A stretch of 54,463 nt of DNA, counting the filler, from Streblomastix strix (lineage: Eukaryota): NCBI GenBank assembly GCA_008636045.1. It is 3 parts of 3 records of this genome, joined end to end, with 100 filler letters (N's around TTAATTAATTAA, not from the genome) between each part and the next. Parts side by side here need not be neighbours in the genome. Positions count along the whole stretch, not along the records: positions 1 to 18,093 come from SNRW01000637.1; positions 18,194 to 36,285 come from SNRW01000638.1; 1 more part is not named here. The stretch is one strand, 5' to 3'. Positions 13,901-27,100 of the stretch are shown piece after piece; the stretch's first letter is position 1, and the number at the start of each line of letters is the position of its first letter. The position numbers and the translations under genes were made by a program. The notes beneath the pieces are model-generated. The model worked only from the letters and a program-made list of their open reading frames with translations. It was not told the DNA's origin and did not search any database.

Positions 13901-16688
13901 AGTAAAAAATATATAATTATATATCAAACTAATAGGCTGTTGTATTAATGAAGGAATTTGAGTAGGAATCTATTAACCAGGAAGTTAAAACCCACCTACA
14001 TTTTAAGGTTATTGGTTATATAAATTAGATGGAGTATTATTAATAGGATTTTGTAATTGAGGAATTGGAGGAATTTGATAAAATGGATTATTCTGAGAAT
14101 TATTAAATATTGGTATTTGTGGTATTTGAGGGATTGGTGGGTAGTCAATTTAAGATTGAGACATTGATTATGAACCTAATGAAGAAAATTATTATGGATA
14201 TTAAGGAGGAAGTATTGAACTATTTTAAGTAAAGTTATTAGTCTGAGGAATTTATGTATTAAGAGAAGAAAAAGTTGGTAAGTTCAAAGAAGAAGCAGGA
14301 ATATTAATTCCTTAAGATGGGTACATATTCTAGGGTATTTATGGTAAAGGAGGTATTGATGGAACCTAAGGTTAAGAATTAAGAGGATAAATAGATTATT
14401 AATCTGGATAGAACGAACTAGATGGATATTGAGATGTAACTGTTGGTTATTAATTAGTATTAGTTGTCTATGGGAATGTTGGAATTGTAGGAATTTGTGG
14501 TTATTATTAAATATTATAAGGAATTTAAGGAAAAGGAAGAATTTGTGGTACAGGTGCAAATGTTGGTGCCTATAGAAGATTAGGTTATATATTATACTAC
14601 TACTACTACTACTACTACTATTATTATTATTATTATTGTGATGGTTGTTGATCCTATTAATTACTTTATTATTAGCTAAGTGGAATTACATTTTCTCTTC
14701 TTCTCCACTCTAATAATTACTAATTAGCTTCTTAATCTTATTCATCCAATAATAAGGATTATTATTATCCAATCTATTTCTACTTCAGAGATGATAGAAG
14801 ATCTAAAAATGAGATAACTGATGGATCCTGATTTGCTTTTCCTTCTTCTTTTTCATTGAACCATTCATATTATAATAATTCATTTATATTCTTTGGTCTT
14901 TTACTGCTCTCAAATTATAATAGAGAAGTTAAAAGTTATTTCAAAGTATTTGAGATTTGAATATTAACTTATTTTGTTTACTGTGTTTAAGGTGAATATA
15001 TCTGGGTTGTTATTTGATCAAAATTTATTGGTTACTGAGTAAGTCTATAAATAATAAATAATAATAAATAATAAACCAATTATTATATGAATAAATAAAT
15101 AATTCTTTCTCAAATATCAAACCTAACATATTCTTCTAAATCAAAATCTTAATCCTGTTCTTATTACTATTATTATACAGATGAGTTTGGAATGAAAGGA
15201 TGTTTTAAGGCAACTAAATAGAATAATATAATTCCAATTGAATATAGATCAGATTGGAATGAAGGAGCAGGAATTGTAGATTATTATTATTATTGTTTGA
15301 AGAGAAGATATTTGTGGATTAGTTCCGGATCCTTAAAATAAATATGTATTAAATATATATCAATTTAAATATAAATAAATAGATATTTAAATAAATATTA
15401 AATCATACTTAATAAAACAGATAATTTAGCTTTCCTTTTAACTTCCCCATTTCTTTCTCTTTCTAAATTCCATATTTTGTTAATTAATTCAAACTTTGTT
15501 GAGTCTATAATATTAATAAATATATTACATAAATTAAAATAAATCTTAAAATTAAGTTAATAAATACCTATATAATCAATGGTTGGCCAATTTTTTATGC
15601 AAATTTTAATCCACTCAACTTAATCAACACATTTCTTTCTTTATTTCCAACTTATTCTGCTTTCACTTATCCTTCTTCATCCAACTACTATTATTATTCC
15701 TCTTCTCTTGAGAATAGAACATGTTCTATTGATATTCCACTAATTTATTTTAATTTGATTATTAATTAAAAAAAATATTAATTAATAATTAGAAATGTTT
15801 TATTTTTTTAAAGTCATATCAAATAATTATATATTCATACTTATGCACAAATTCTTATTCATGCAAGCTGTTGATACCCTTCACTTTAATTTTAAATATA
15901 AATAAAGAAGAAAAATAAAATTAGTTATAGAATGAATATTAGAGTTCAATTACATTGAAATTATAAGAAAGCAAAAATATATTTGAAAACATACACAATT
16001 GTAGAACAATTGCTCTCGCCATTCCATCTCTCGGCACCTCAGGAAAGAGCTCAAGTAATACTTCAAGAGACTAAGAAAAAATATTAAATAAAAAAAAAGG
16101 GTAAAAAAGGAAAATGTAGCAAAGCAAACTCCGAGATTTGCATGCTCTTAGAGGATGAGATAGCGTCCCTCTGCAGTCTTTTACCCGTGCGTCTTCAGTA
16201 TATTAGAACTAAATAATATATACCAATAAAAGTCTTTTTAATATTCAAACTATGAAAATAAATATACTCTTCGGTGTTGCTGCCCAATTCAAATTCATTC
16301 TCATTGAAGCCTTCTTGATCACACACTTTCAAAGCAAAGTGTTTAATATCTCCCAAATCAATGAGAAAAACTCTGTATTCAGAAAAATTGTTTAGAGAAA
16401 TGTAATAAAAGCGATAAAAATAGCAAGAAAATCAAGAAATAAATAAGAAAAAAAAATAGAAAAATCTAGCTCCACACCTTCCACGTTTTCCTACAAAAGG
16501 ATAAATTTATAGTAAATTAAACTAATTCACATAAATAATTTATACAAAACCTATATGAGCAAGTACCTGAGGAAAAAATAAATGATTTATCGAAAGTTCG
16601 TCTATGTCAGGTGCAAAAATAAACTGGTTCATACCTGCATTTCATTAGCATTCACAACAGATTCGTCACTAAGTGTTATCTAGCTCAT
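10909..16688 (-). CDS. Large multi-exon protein: N-terminal pseudokinase, long Gln/Pro-rich region, C-terminal helical (ARM/HEAT-like) region
   Basis: Spliced exons give VLAHIGKRGRVFL, FALKV, NEFE, YLILQEHANLGSL, LKGINSLHEQEFVHNGISIEHVLF, LIKLSGLKFAQ, DPE, SDLYSIGIILFYLVALKHPF. The exon joins I checked stay in frame to TGA at 10909; not every middle junction was verified. Confidence 0.75.
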
Positions 16689-17221
16689 TTCAATTAGTTG
16701 TACTAATTTAGCCCAATTGAAAAACACGAGATTTTATATGTGCCGATTTTGTTTCCTGATAAAGATGTTCGATTTCTTGCTTTTATTAATTAATTTTAAT
16801 TTTAGTTAATTATAAATATAAAATTTGATATTATTAATATATTTTTATCGTAAGTCAATCGAAGAAATTTTTTTTTAAAAAATCCAATTTTTTGTCTGAT
16901 CCTCTTGACAATATTCAATATATTGAATATATTTTCTTTTTATTTTACTATTTATAACTAATAATATAGCTTATTAATAGTTTATAAGCAATTTTAAGCA
17001 CAGAAAACCATTTTAAATTTTCATTCATTAAATCTTACACAGCTTAAAATCCATGCACATTGAAATGCTATAAAAGTTTTAATTATCTCCTATTTTCTTT
17101 TTCTACAATTTTAAATATTTACGATACAAAATTTCAATATTTATATGTCAAGGTTATTGCTTTACTTTTTATTTGTCATATTTTTTACCTTTAAATTCAT
17201 TTTTCAGATCAATTCTAAAGT

Positions 17222-18022
17222 ATGAACTTGGGTATAAATCATATTGCTGCATAATTTTTATAATACGCCTCTGAACTGGCCACCAGGGGACAATAATCTC
17301 TTTATTCTTAAATCAGCTAGGATATAACGAACAATTTATTATTTTAAGTATGGGGCTAACACGATGAAATTCCACTCACAGAGATAAATGAGACTAGAAA
17401 AATTCTCTCATTATCAATTAGTTACATATTTCAAGCAATGTAAGAAAAAGAAATTGAAGATTATCAAGATAATGAGGATTATAACACTCCTACTTCACCT
17501 TAACAATCTTTTTATTCTCCATTTCATATTAATCCAAATATTAACTCAAATATTAGAATGGATATTGATAAAGAATTGTCAAATGTATAGATTTAACCTT
17601 TTATTCCAGATAATTAAAATTCTTCCTCTTCTTCTTCAAATTCCTAATTTTAATAATCTTCTAGCACTTCAAAAACATTTTCATCATCTTCTTTATCTCC
17701 TATTAATTCAAATACTAATCAATCTTCAATCAATATTCAATCATTTTAATAATCCAATTCTAATGAAGTTCCTTTTTAATCATCTTAATGTTAATAATTA
17801 ATAAGTTTTCCACTTTCTTCTTCAATACCAATTTTTACTTCTTCATAATAATTAACGTAATCATCTTAAATATCTTTACATAAATCTTCGTAAAATATTC
17901 CTTCAAGCACTTCATAGAATATTCATTCAAGCACTTCATAAGATATTCATTCAAACACTTCATAAGATATTCATTCAAACACTTCATAATAATAATCAAA
18001 TCTTTCTCAAAACCCTTCATGA
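17222..18022 (+). CDS. Hypothetical Ser/Gln-rich protein (about 266 aa) with an 8-aa repeat
   Basis: ATG 17222 to TGA 18020-18022 open with TAR=Gln. A 24-bp repeat occurs 4 times at about 17891-17986 (QNIPSSTS, QNIHSSTS, QDIHSNTS x2). No domain recognised. Confidence 0.45.
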
Positions 18023-18093
18023 AATACTCCTTTTCCTAATATTTAAACATTCCCATTACAACCTACAAATTTTTTACCAGCATCATCCACTTA

Positions 18094-18193
18094 NNNNNNN
18101 NNNNNNNNNNNNNNNNNNNNNNNNNNNNNNNNNNNNNTTAATTAATTAANNNNNNNNNNNNNNNNNNNNNNNNNNNNNNNNNNNNNNNNNNNN
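18094..18193. other. Assembly gap / artificial contig linker
   Basis: 44 N + TTAATTAATTAA (TAA in all six frames) + 44 N. Confidence 0.97.
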
Positions 18194-19160
18194 TCAGCTT
18201 CAGTCTCTTCTAGACCACCAGCACCTGATCCACTTAATGTTTGCATACCTGATCCACTTTTAGATCCTCGAATTGCTCTCCTTCCATCAAACATACAAAT
18301 AACAGCTCCACATTCACCTGCTCCTGTTACACTACCTAATGGTAATGTTGAACAAAGTTCAAAATCAAGTTTGTGTCTAATTGATGATACTGATGTTTCA
18401 GATGATTATCCAATTGATGATGAAAAGAATTGAGTTGTGGATGTTGATGATGGTGAGTTTGATGGAATTGCAATCACAGCATAGCGATACACAATTCTGG
18501 CAGATGTCAGTGCATTCTTCACAAGATATGCTGCTACTTGTGTGTTTCTTCCATCGGGTCCAATGCATTCAAGTCGAGCTAGATCAGGTGAATCTCCAAT
18601 TGATACACGTCGCATCACAAGAAATCTGTTCGCTTTCGCTATTAATTATCCACATCTCCACGCAGATGTAGCAAATTGAGAAAGAAGTGACACTACAGGA
18701 AGTGGATAGCATGTTACAATTGGTGCAGTTGTCGGTCCAAGAATATTTCGACTTCCTCCATCTGAACTACCACTTATCTATTCATTATTATTTCCTTATT
18801 ATGAACTATTCCCCTTTTATGTTATACTGCTTTTAACTGGAGAATTGCCTTGTTATTATGAATCATCAACTTTACTTGTAGTAACTGTATATGATGTAAG
18901 CATTCCATTATCATCAATTTGAGCGCATCCAAATATATATGGTTGATTCGGTTATAGACCAGTGATTGTAATAGGTTCATAGGGTGTTACAGGTATACCT
19001 GTTCCATTAAGCATAGTTGATTTGATTGTAAGTCCAGTTGCTGAGTCTGATTTCTTTCCAAAAATAACTATTCTATAAACAGGAACTTGTGAAGAGATTA
19101 TCGCTTGATTAGATGAGTAGTCATAATTGATTCTATTAGTTGTTGAATTTTTATTTTTAT
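18194..19160 (-). CDS. CFAP54: Internal fragment of a CFAP54-like central-apparatus protein, running into the gap
   Basis: Open frame YRIVIFGKKSDSATGLTIKSTMLNGTG...ITITGLQPNQPYIFGCAQIDDNG...LGPTTAPIVTCYPLPVVSLLSQFATSAWRCG resembles the FN3-like mid region of CFAP54 as I recall it (GL..NE.YVFAVAAY...G...IGETT.PI). Confidence 0.65.
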
Positions 19161-19299
19161 TTTTGTTAATATTATTATTGTTATTACTTTTATTATTATT
19201 ACTTTTGTTATAATTATAATTATAATTATAATTTTTATTATTATTATTATTATAATTATTATTATTAATTTTAATATTTTTGCTATTATTATTAATGAT

Positions 19300-19830
19300 G
19301 ATTATTCATCTACAAATCTTAATATATAATATTCACTAATTCTTTTTTTACATTATAAATAAGTATCAAAATTGTATTTCCTTTTGTAATAGTCTCTTCC
19401 AAGCATCTCAGATCCATTCATTTTACTATCATTTCATCCATGCTATTCAAATATATTCAGCAATAAGGATATTCATAATAACCTTCATTGATAATGTTTC
19501 ATTCACTTTCAATTCATCCAATCAAGTTGATCTAAATTAATTAATAATATTATTAATATATTAAAGTTGTTTTATACTTCAAACATTACGAAGCTTGTAG
19601 ATACTCCTAAGCCTCGATGTTCACCAGAGCATTTAATACAAACAATAATTCCATATGTCGCTGACATTCAACCACTCATTGAAGAATTGCAGTCAAAGCA
19701 ATGCTAAATAAAACAATATTTTTAAATATATAAATTTAAATATATAAATTTAAACTTACAAACAAACCCATCTATTATTTAAATCGACTTTATTCTTTGT
19801 TATCTTTCCTAAATTTATTTTTTGGTTATT
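19300..19830 (-). pseudogene. Degraded ArfGAP zinc-finger gene fragment with 2 introns
   Basis: HCFDCNSSMSG*MSATYGIIVCIKCSGEHRGLGVSTSFV / ST*LDELK (Cx2Cx16Cx2Cx4R). In-frame TGA at 19668-19670 and 19522-19524, plus frameshifts downstream. Confidence 0.8.
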
Positions 19831-20476
19831 AATTGATTGAATGAATACAAAATGAAATTGTAATTAATATAATAGTTTGTCAAAATAAAAATTATTTTTA
19901 TTTTTATAGCATAAAGTCTGATTATATATAAAAAAGATATTAGATTCAAAATGTTTAAAAGAATTATCAATGAAATTAATAAAAATCTTTTTTAAAAATC
20001 TGAAATTTCAGTTTTCAATATAGTACGATAAAATTTTATTAGCAAAAATAATACATTATACGCAAGAATATAAAATTATTAAAAAAATACAAAGGAAAAT
20101 GTATATTTAATTTATTGTTACTGAAATATACTGTTTTTTGAAGATTTTTATAAAATTAACATTTCGGAGCAAAGTGGCTTTTTCAAAATATAATTTTAAA
20201 GTAAATTAAAATTTTAGATATTAAAGAAATAAATTTGTATTTTCCTGCAATTTAGAGCTGTAGATCTAATACAATAGACAAACAGAAAATAATATAATTT
20301 TCTATAATTTAATATGGAGTTTTTTTTGTATAGCAATTATTCATTATTTTAAAAAATGTAGTTCAAAATTAAAACAGACTAAATAATAAACACAAGAATT
20401 TTAGTTTATTAATTTTTTTTTTAAAAAATTAAATTAAATAAAATAAATTATTATATTCTTTTTTTTATTAATTTAT

Positions 20477-21813
20477 TCATTTCCACTTTTTCCCCCACTC
20501 AAGAGCTTTGTATTCTTCAACGCCTTTTGCTGTTGATTAAATGAGTCTCTCAAACTTTGTAATAGTGAAGGAAGAAAATTTTTCAAACGTGTAAACCTGA
20601 GTGAATGAAATATTGAATTAATGAATGAGTATTGTATTAATAAAGTTAATAATTTATTAATTAAATAAAATAATTTAATTTGTATTTGCAAACGAACCAA
20701 GAATCTAATATCAGATGGAATGCCAATCACAAAGTTTGGCTATTCAATATCATCCACGAAAAATGTTGCTCTTCGTGGAACTGTTGTCATATCGACTTCA
20801 ACAGCAACACTTTATCCATTTGCGTATTTCTGATTTCCTTCTGAACAAGTTATATGGTTAAGGAATCCACTGATAATATAATATAGGTAAATAATAAAGG
20901 ATTAATATAATATAAATTAAGGGATTATGATTAATAAATATTATGAAGTCAATTATTTATAATATTGGATTTTGAAATTATTAATAATAATAAATAAATA
21001 AATCATACAAATAGCCACTATAACTAACAGACTTTTTTTGATCTTCAAAAAGAGCATTTGACGAAACGTTGAATATGAAATAATAAAAAGATTATAAAGA
21101 AAGAAATTCAAAAAAAATTAATAAAAATATAATAAAAATATGATTAATAATATTAAATATTAGACATATGATCGAAAGTAAAAATTATTTAAAATTATAT
21201 ATTAAATAAATACTTTCATCATCCCAAGGCGCTTTTCCAGCAGCAAAAGAACAAGATGTATCAGCAATACCGATGCCTGTTAAAAAATATAATAAATATA
21301 TTGGATTGACATAAATAATATAAATATTATAATTGTAATTCATTCTTTATATTCACATTCATTAATTCATATTAACATACTTCTATATCATCCAGTATTC
21401 TCAAAGACTACTTCTATTCTCACTATTCCTTCACTTATAATGGGATTAATAGCAATGGTACACCTATGATACTCATCCGAATGGATGAACTTATTTCCAT
21501 CAGAATTTCCTTACTATGCTTCTTTAATAATAAAACCGGGCGATATTTGAACTGAATATTTATGAATAATAATATAATAATTGGTAAATGAAAAAAAAAT
21601 TTCTTTAATTTATTATTATTATTAATTCATACTAATCGATTGTATTATTTTAGCATATCTTGGGTGCAATATAATTTTAAATGTCTTTTTGTTCAAAATG
21701 AGAAATTGTCGAACATCCTGAGGAAGTTACATCTCAGATAAGATCTCAAGAAATATGTTTTCTCCCAAACTTAAAAGACCTCCTTCGACGTTGTACTCGC
21801 TTGTATGATCCAT
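20477..21813 (-). CDS. F-box-like + SPRY/B30.2-like protein, 5 introns, one in-frame TGA (possible recent pseudogene)
   Basis: LLSLGENIFLEILSEMQLPQDVRQFLILNKK (F-box-like), CTIAINPIISEGIVRIEVVF, IGIAD, GQSVAVEVDMTTVPRRATFFVDDIEQP (SPRY-like), ending LEWGKKWK-TGA. Internal TGA at 21388-21390. Confidence 0.7.
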
Positions 21814-23424
21814 TGTTGAGTTTCTTAAAGAATACTAAGCTCAAAAACAAATAAAATAATAATGAAATGTTTATTAAATTTAGTCTACAAAGAATGCAAA
21901 TAAGAAAACAGCAAATAAAAAATAATGATTGTTGTTCATATATTAATAACGAAGTAATAAACTTTTTAATAATAAATTATTGAAGTGTGAAAATAATAAT
22001 TAGTATTCAAACTTGAAAGGTATACTAAATTTAGCAATATGGTTATAAACGGAGGTTCATTTTAATTGGGAATTTATACGTCGATAAGAAATCTATCGAA
22101 ATTAAAATTAATGTTTGTGATGGAAGATCAGAAATATTATTAGAATTAAGAGTCTGATTAATATAAAATTATGAATTTCGAAGGAGGGAGTTATTTGTTT
22201 AAAAATACAAGTTTTTTTGTTTAAATATAATTGTTTATAGAATATGAATAGAACAATTGTGTTTATAAAAGTCATTTTTATTTTTTTTTTTAGATGGACA
22301 ATAATTATTAATGCAAGAAACGTGAGATTCAAAACGATCAAAAGCATATATTCAAATTTTATTTTTAAATTATTCTTTTACACAAATTTTTTCATTAAAA
22401 ATTTATTATAAAATATTTTTTAAAATGATTTACTAAAAGAAACAATTTATTTTACTGTTCTTTCTTAATATTAACTTTGTCTTCTAAAATTGCTTTATTT
22501 CTTTGTAATGATGAAAATTTATAGTTGAGAACCTCATTTATTATAATTATTATTAGGCCGGGGCAAATGTGGAAATTTCAAAAATTCAGTGGCAAATGGA
22601 TTTTTTCAATAAATTTTTAACTTTGTCAGAACTACTTTAATGTATTAGAATTTATGAATTATATATATTGTTATTAATATAATATATAGTTATAATAGTC
22701 AATTAAGTATAATTGTAAAGATTAATTTTTTTGCTTATTTTCGCTTCCTAACGCCAACGCATCATATAAATGCGATATATATATTATATTCATATTAATT
22801 AATTATAGTATCATACCCAATAATGTGAGATTAAAATACGATCTGGCCCCATAATGGAATCTTTTTTCAGTATCAAAATGTCAAAATGCCAAAGTGGCAT
22901 CCACTTTTGCATTTTGGCATTTTGGCATTTTTCTATAATTCGGAAGGTATTAACAATGGGGTCCAGTACATATAAACACCTGCAACTTCAAACAGTAAAT
23001 TGGATACTTATTTCATTTTATTTTTCTAATTCTACAAGTTTTAATATAATATAATAAAACGAAATCAAGGGCAAGAGAAATTTTTTTTGATTCTTATTTT
23101 TTGCAATCATTATAAATAATATCCTTTTGAGTCAATGCCATATATTTTATTTTATATAAAATCCAACAATTTAAATTCACAAATATGCAATTTTCACTTT
23201 AGAAATAGCGATACAAAAATTAATTCTTTATTTTAACGAAAATTGCCAATTATCATCATATATTTGTAATAGTTTGTAATTAGATATATTTAAAATAATA
23301 AATACAATCAATATATTTAAGTAAAGTAATAGAATTTATATACGATTCTAAATAATTTTTAATAATATCTATATTTTTTTAAATTTAATTTAATACATGT
23401 GCTAAATCTTGTTACTGAATAGAT

Positions 23425-24005
23425 AATATTATTTATTTAATTATTTATATTAATTATTATTTATTTATATTTATTATTATTTATAATTTAAAATATTATT
23501 AATAGATAATACCATTTTAAGATCAAATCACTCCCAATATCAGTAATAACTCACTTAAATTCGCATAGAAGGTATTTCATTGCAATATAATACTATAAAA
23601 TTGATAATTAAATAAAATAATTAATTTATAATTATTGATTATTGAATATAATTAAAAAATAAATATTATAATGCTTATTATTTTTATGAATTTATTAAAT
23701 ATTATTTATTTATTTATTTATTTATATTTATTATTATTTATTATTATTTATTATTATTTATAATTTAAAATATAATTAATAGATAATACCATTTTAAGAT
23801 CAAATCACTCCCAACATCAGTAACAACTCACTTAAATTCGCATAGAAGGTATTACATTGCAATATAATACTTTAAAATTGAAAATTAAATATAATAATTA
23901 ATATTTATTTATTGATTTTGGAATATAATTAAAAAATAAATATTATAATGCTTATTATTTTTGTGAGTTTATTTAATATTATTTATTTATTTATTTATTT
24001 ATATT
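23425..24005 (+). repeat. 277-bp tandem duplication, each unit holding a 66-nt AG/GT-flanked exon
   Basis: gatcaaatcactccca at 23521 and 23798; exons 23506-23571 and 23783-23848. Confidence 0.85.
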
Positions 24006-27000
24006 ATCAGTTTTAATTTTAATTATTTTAGATATTATGACTCAATTCAACTTAAATCAACAATCATCAATTAACTAAATAAATTAGATACCAACTCATA
24101 ATAATTCTCGTAATTAGCAATAAGACTATAATTGTATTCTGCCATTATCAAGTTAATAACTATTTTATAACGGCATATAATAAGTCTAAACTAGTAGTTT
24201 AATTAATAATCCTAATTTTCTCATGATCCCTCCACTTCAAATGTCATTAATTCCAAGAAATTAATAGTAATATTCACCAAATTCCAGTGCATAATTTTAA
24301 AATTCTTCTAATCAATATAACTAATAACTTCAATCAACACCATAGCCAAAACAGTTTATATAATAACCGCTACTATTCATTTAACAAAACAATTAGGACA
24401 GTTAAATATTAAATTTAGATAATAAAACAATAAGTAATAAGAAATCTTAAATTAGTAGACCAGTTTCAATTACAAATCGTAAATTATCTAGATCTTCAAA
24501 CACTTCACGATCTTAATCTATTAATTTATAAGAAATGAAAAAAAAATAAAAGAAAAAGAATTGATGAAAATTTGATATAAGAATAGGAATAAAAATAAAA
24601 AGAAAAAAATAAATCCAAAATGGCTAAAGATTTTAATAGTAACAGAAACAACTAAAATTCATAAGAAGAATAAGATGAAGATAATAGTTAATAAATAACA
24701 ATTAAACGTATAAATAGGAAAAATTAAAAATAGTCAAAATAATAAAAATAAATTGTAAGATCTCAATCATAACCAATTAATTCTTCCTTATCAAATCAAA
24801 AATAACCATAAAATAATAATAAATAGCAAGATTTCATTGCGAAAAGAATAAAGAAACAAAATGAAATTTAAGGAAAGGTTCTAAAGACATTTAATTGTAT
24901 GATATAAATTAAAAATAATTAATTACCAATTTAAACATTATATTTAATTAATTGAAATGATTAATAATAAAAGTATAATTTTTATTTTCGAATTTTCATT
25001 ATTTAAATAGAATCATTATTAAAGCCACATCCAATTAATAAGCTGTACATGATGACTGAAATCGAAACATATACAGAAAATAAAAACAAATATTGTATTT
25101 ACACAAGAACGCATTTAAATATAAATTGTTATGATTTCCAAAAAAGAATCCATTGTTTATGGCACGAAGGAGAATAATTATGCAAGTTTGATTAAAGATA
25201 TAATTCTAACAATGAAATTAATCATCCTGAACATGAAAAAGTAAATGTTTAATCAAAAAGAATTAATTAATATTTCACTCATACAAATTAAATTAATTCA
25301 TAAGAATAATAGCAATAAGATGAATTCAAACATACAAAAAGTTAAGCGAAATTAGATAAAATTTTATTGAAATGGTCAACAAAGCTTGGAATTGCATATT
25401 CTGCAATTTCTGATCCACTTTTTGACGAGTTCTGCAATGGAATAATTGAATAAACTAAATTAAATCCAGGTGATTCCGCTTCAAAGATATATAGAATATA
25501 TGCAAGAAAGCATTACTCAGTAAAGACTATTGAATACGGTAGAGAAGAAAAATTAAATATGTTGAAAGGATTCAGAAACTGACATGTATCTGCAGCTATC
25601 GATAATTCCACCAAAGCAAATTAAAATTTAATAGCAATGACAATAAATTATCCATCATTTTATACCAATAAATCAAAATTCTATGGAACTAAAATAAACA
25701 TCTCAAAAGGGGAGCATTTTGCTTGAATGGGTGCCGAATTATGTGATGAATTGGAACCAAATCAAATAACAATTAGTGCATATGTTGTTGATTCTTCTGC
25801 AGCAGAGCTCAGCGCATTTTAATACAGTGATGATTTAAATACTAAATCATTTAATAAATATCTTAATTCTGCAAATCCAATAACATCCTAGTAGTAATAA
25901 ATTAATAATGCCCCTACAATTCAATAAAATAATTCGAATTAATCATTAATCAATTCTGAACAATAATACACTTCATCTTTGAATGAAATTACTATTTAAC
26001 CTTAATTTCAATTATAATCCATCCATTCTAATACAGCACAGCAAAAAAATCAAATTCAATCTCTAACAACACTATAAAAACAAAGGTCATCATAAAACAT
26101 CAATTAATAATGAATAGATTACCAATTTTAAAAGCCTTCATTTAAAGGGTTTCCATTATTAATGAAATTCATGTGTCACTTGACAAATAATGCCTTCATT
26201 CATGCAATAGCCAACAATGCCAAACTACGATAAATGTCTAAAAATACAATTAGAATTTCATAAATTTTACATAAATCAGAAAATAGAAAGATTCTTAAAC
26301 ATAGATGCCCCGATTATTAATTTTAAAGATGGGTACACACACATAGAATCACAAAATGTCTCCTCAGAAACAAAGAAATAGTAATAAATATCTTCAAAAA
26401 ATAAGAATTCTAAGATGAATTATCTATGAGTATTTAAGAATATTATGATGAACTAGAATCATTCCATCAAATAATCACTTCAGTCTTTATAATTATTCAA
26501 GTTTTTGAATCAAACTCAACTTGTTTATGTGACATATTCCCTTTACTACAACAATTCTTCCCACATTTAGTTAATTTAAGAGACTGTTATCATAACTAAT
26601 CTCCGGAGTGGGAATAAGCAGTAGATACCGTATCTCAATCAGTATTTGATTATACTTTAAATGGGACTTAAGGACAATTATATCTATTCGCCTATTCAAT
26701 AACACCTTGTGGCATAGATTCATGGTAAGCTTACACTTTTCCAAAGTTTAGTAGCAAAATTTATTAAAGGATAAAGATCTAATATCCAATTTTAATAAAT
26801 TAAAATCAAGCCTAACAATCATTTGGAGATAAATTAATACTAGCCCCAACATTAATTAATAAAAACATCAATGAATAAATTAATCAACTTAGTCAAAGTA
26901 ATGAATAATAATAAAATGCTAATTAATAACTTAATTTCACTTCATAATATTCATTTCATTCTCCAGATAATCTTGAAAAAAATATGAATTCAAAATAATA

Positions 27001-27100
27001 ATATTTTAAAGAAAAAACATAACAGAATGACTAATAAAATAGTAAATAGATAAATGAATTAAATCCCTAACCTAATCAAAAGTAAAAGAAACCAATAATT

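Noticed and set aside
18138..18149. TTAATTAATTAA palindrome inside N runs (also 36330-36341)
   Set aside because: Identical artificial linker. Adjacency across the gaps is not reliable biological evidence.
19522..25726. TGA = Trp recoding suggested by TGA at the ArfGAP Trp site and in other frames
   Set aside because: Conserved intact genes (GPI, RUVBL2, MOB4, MINDY, RidA) have no internal TGA and end in TGA where complete. Most TGA-bearing frames also have frameshifts, so decay explains them.
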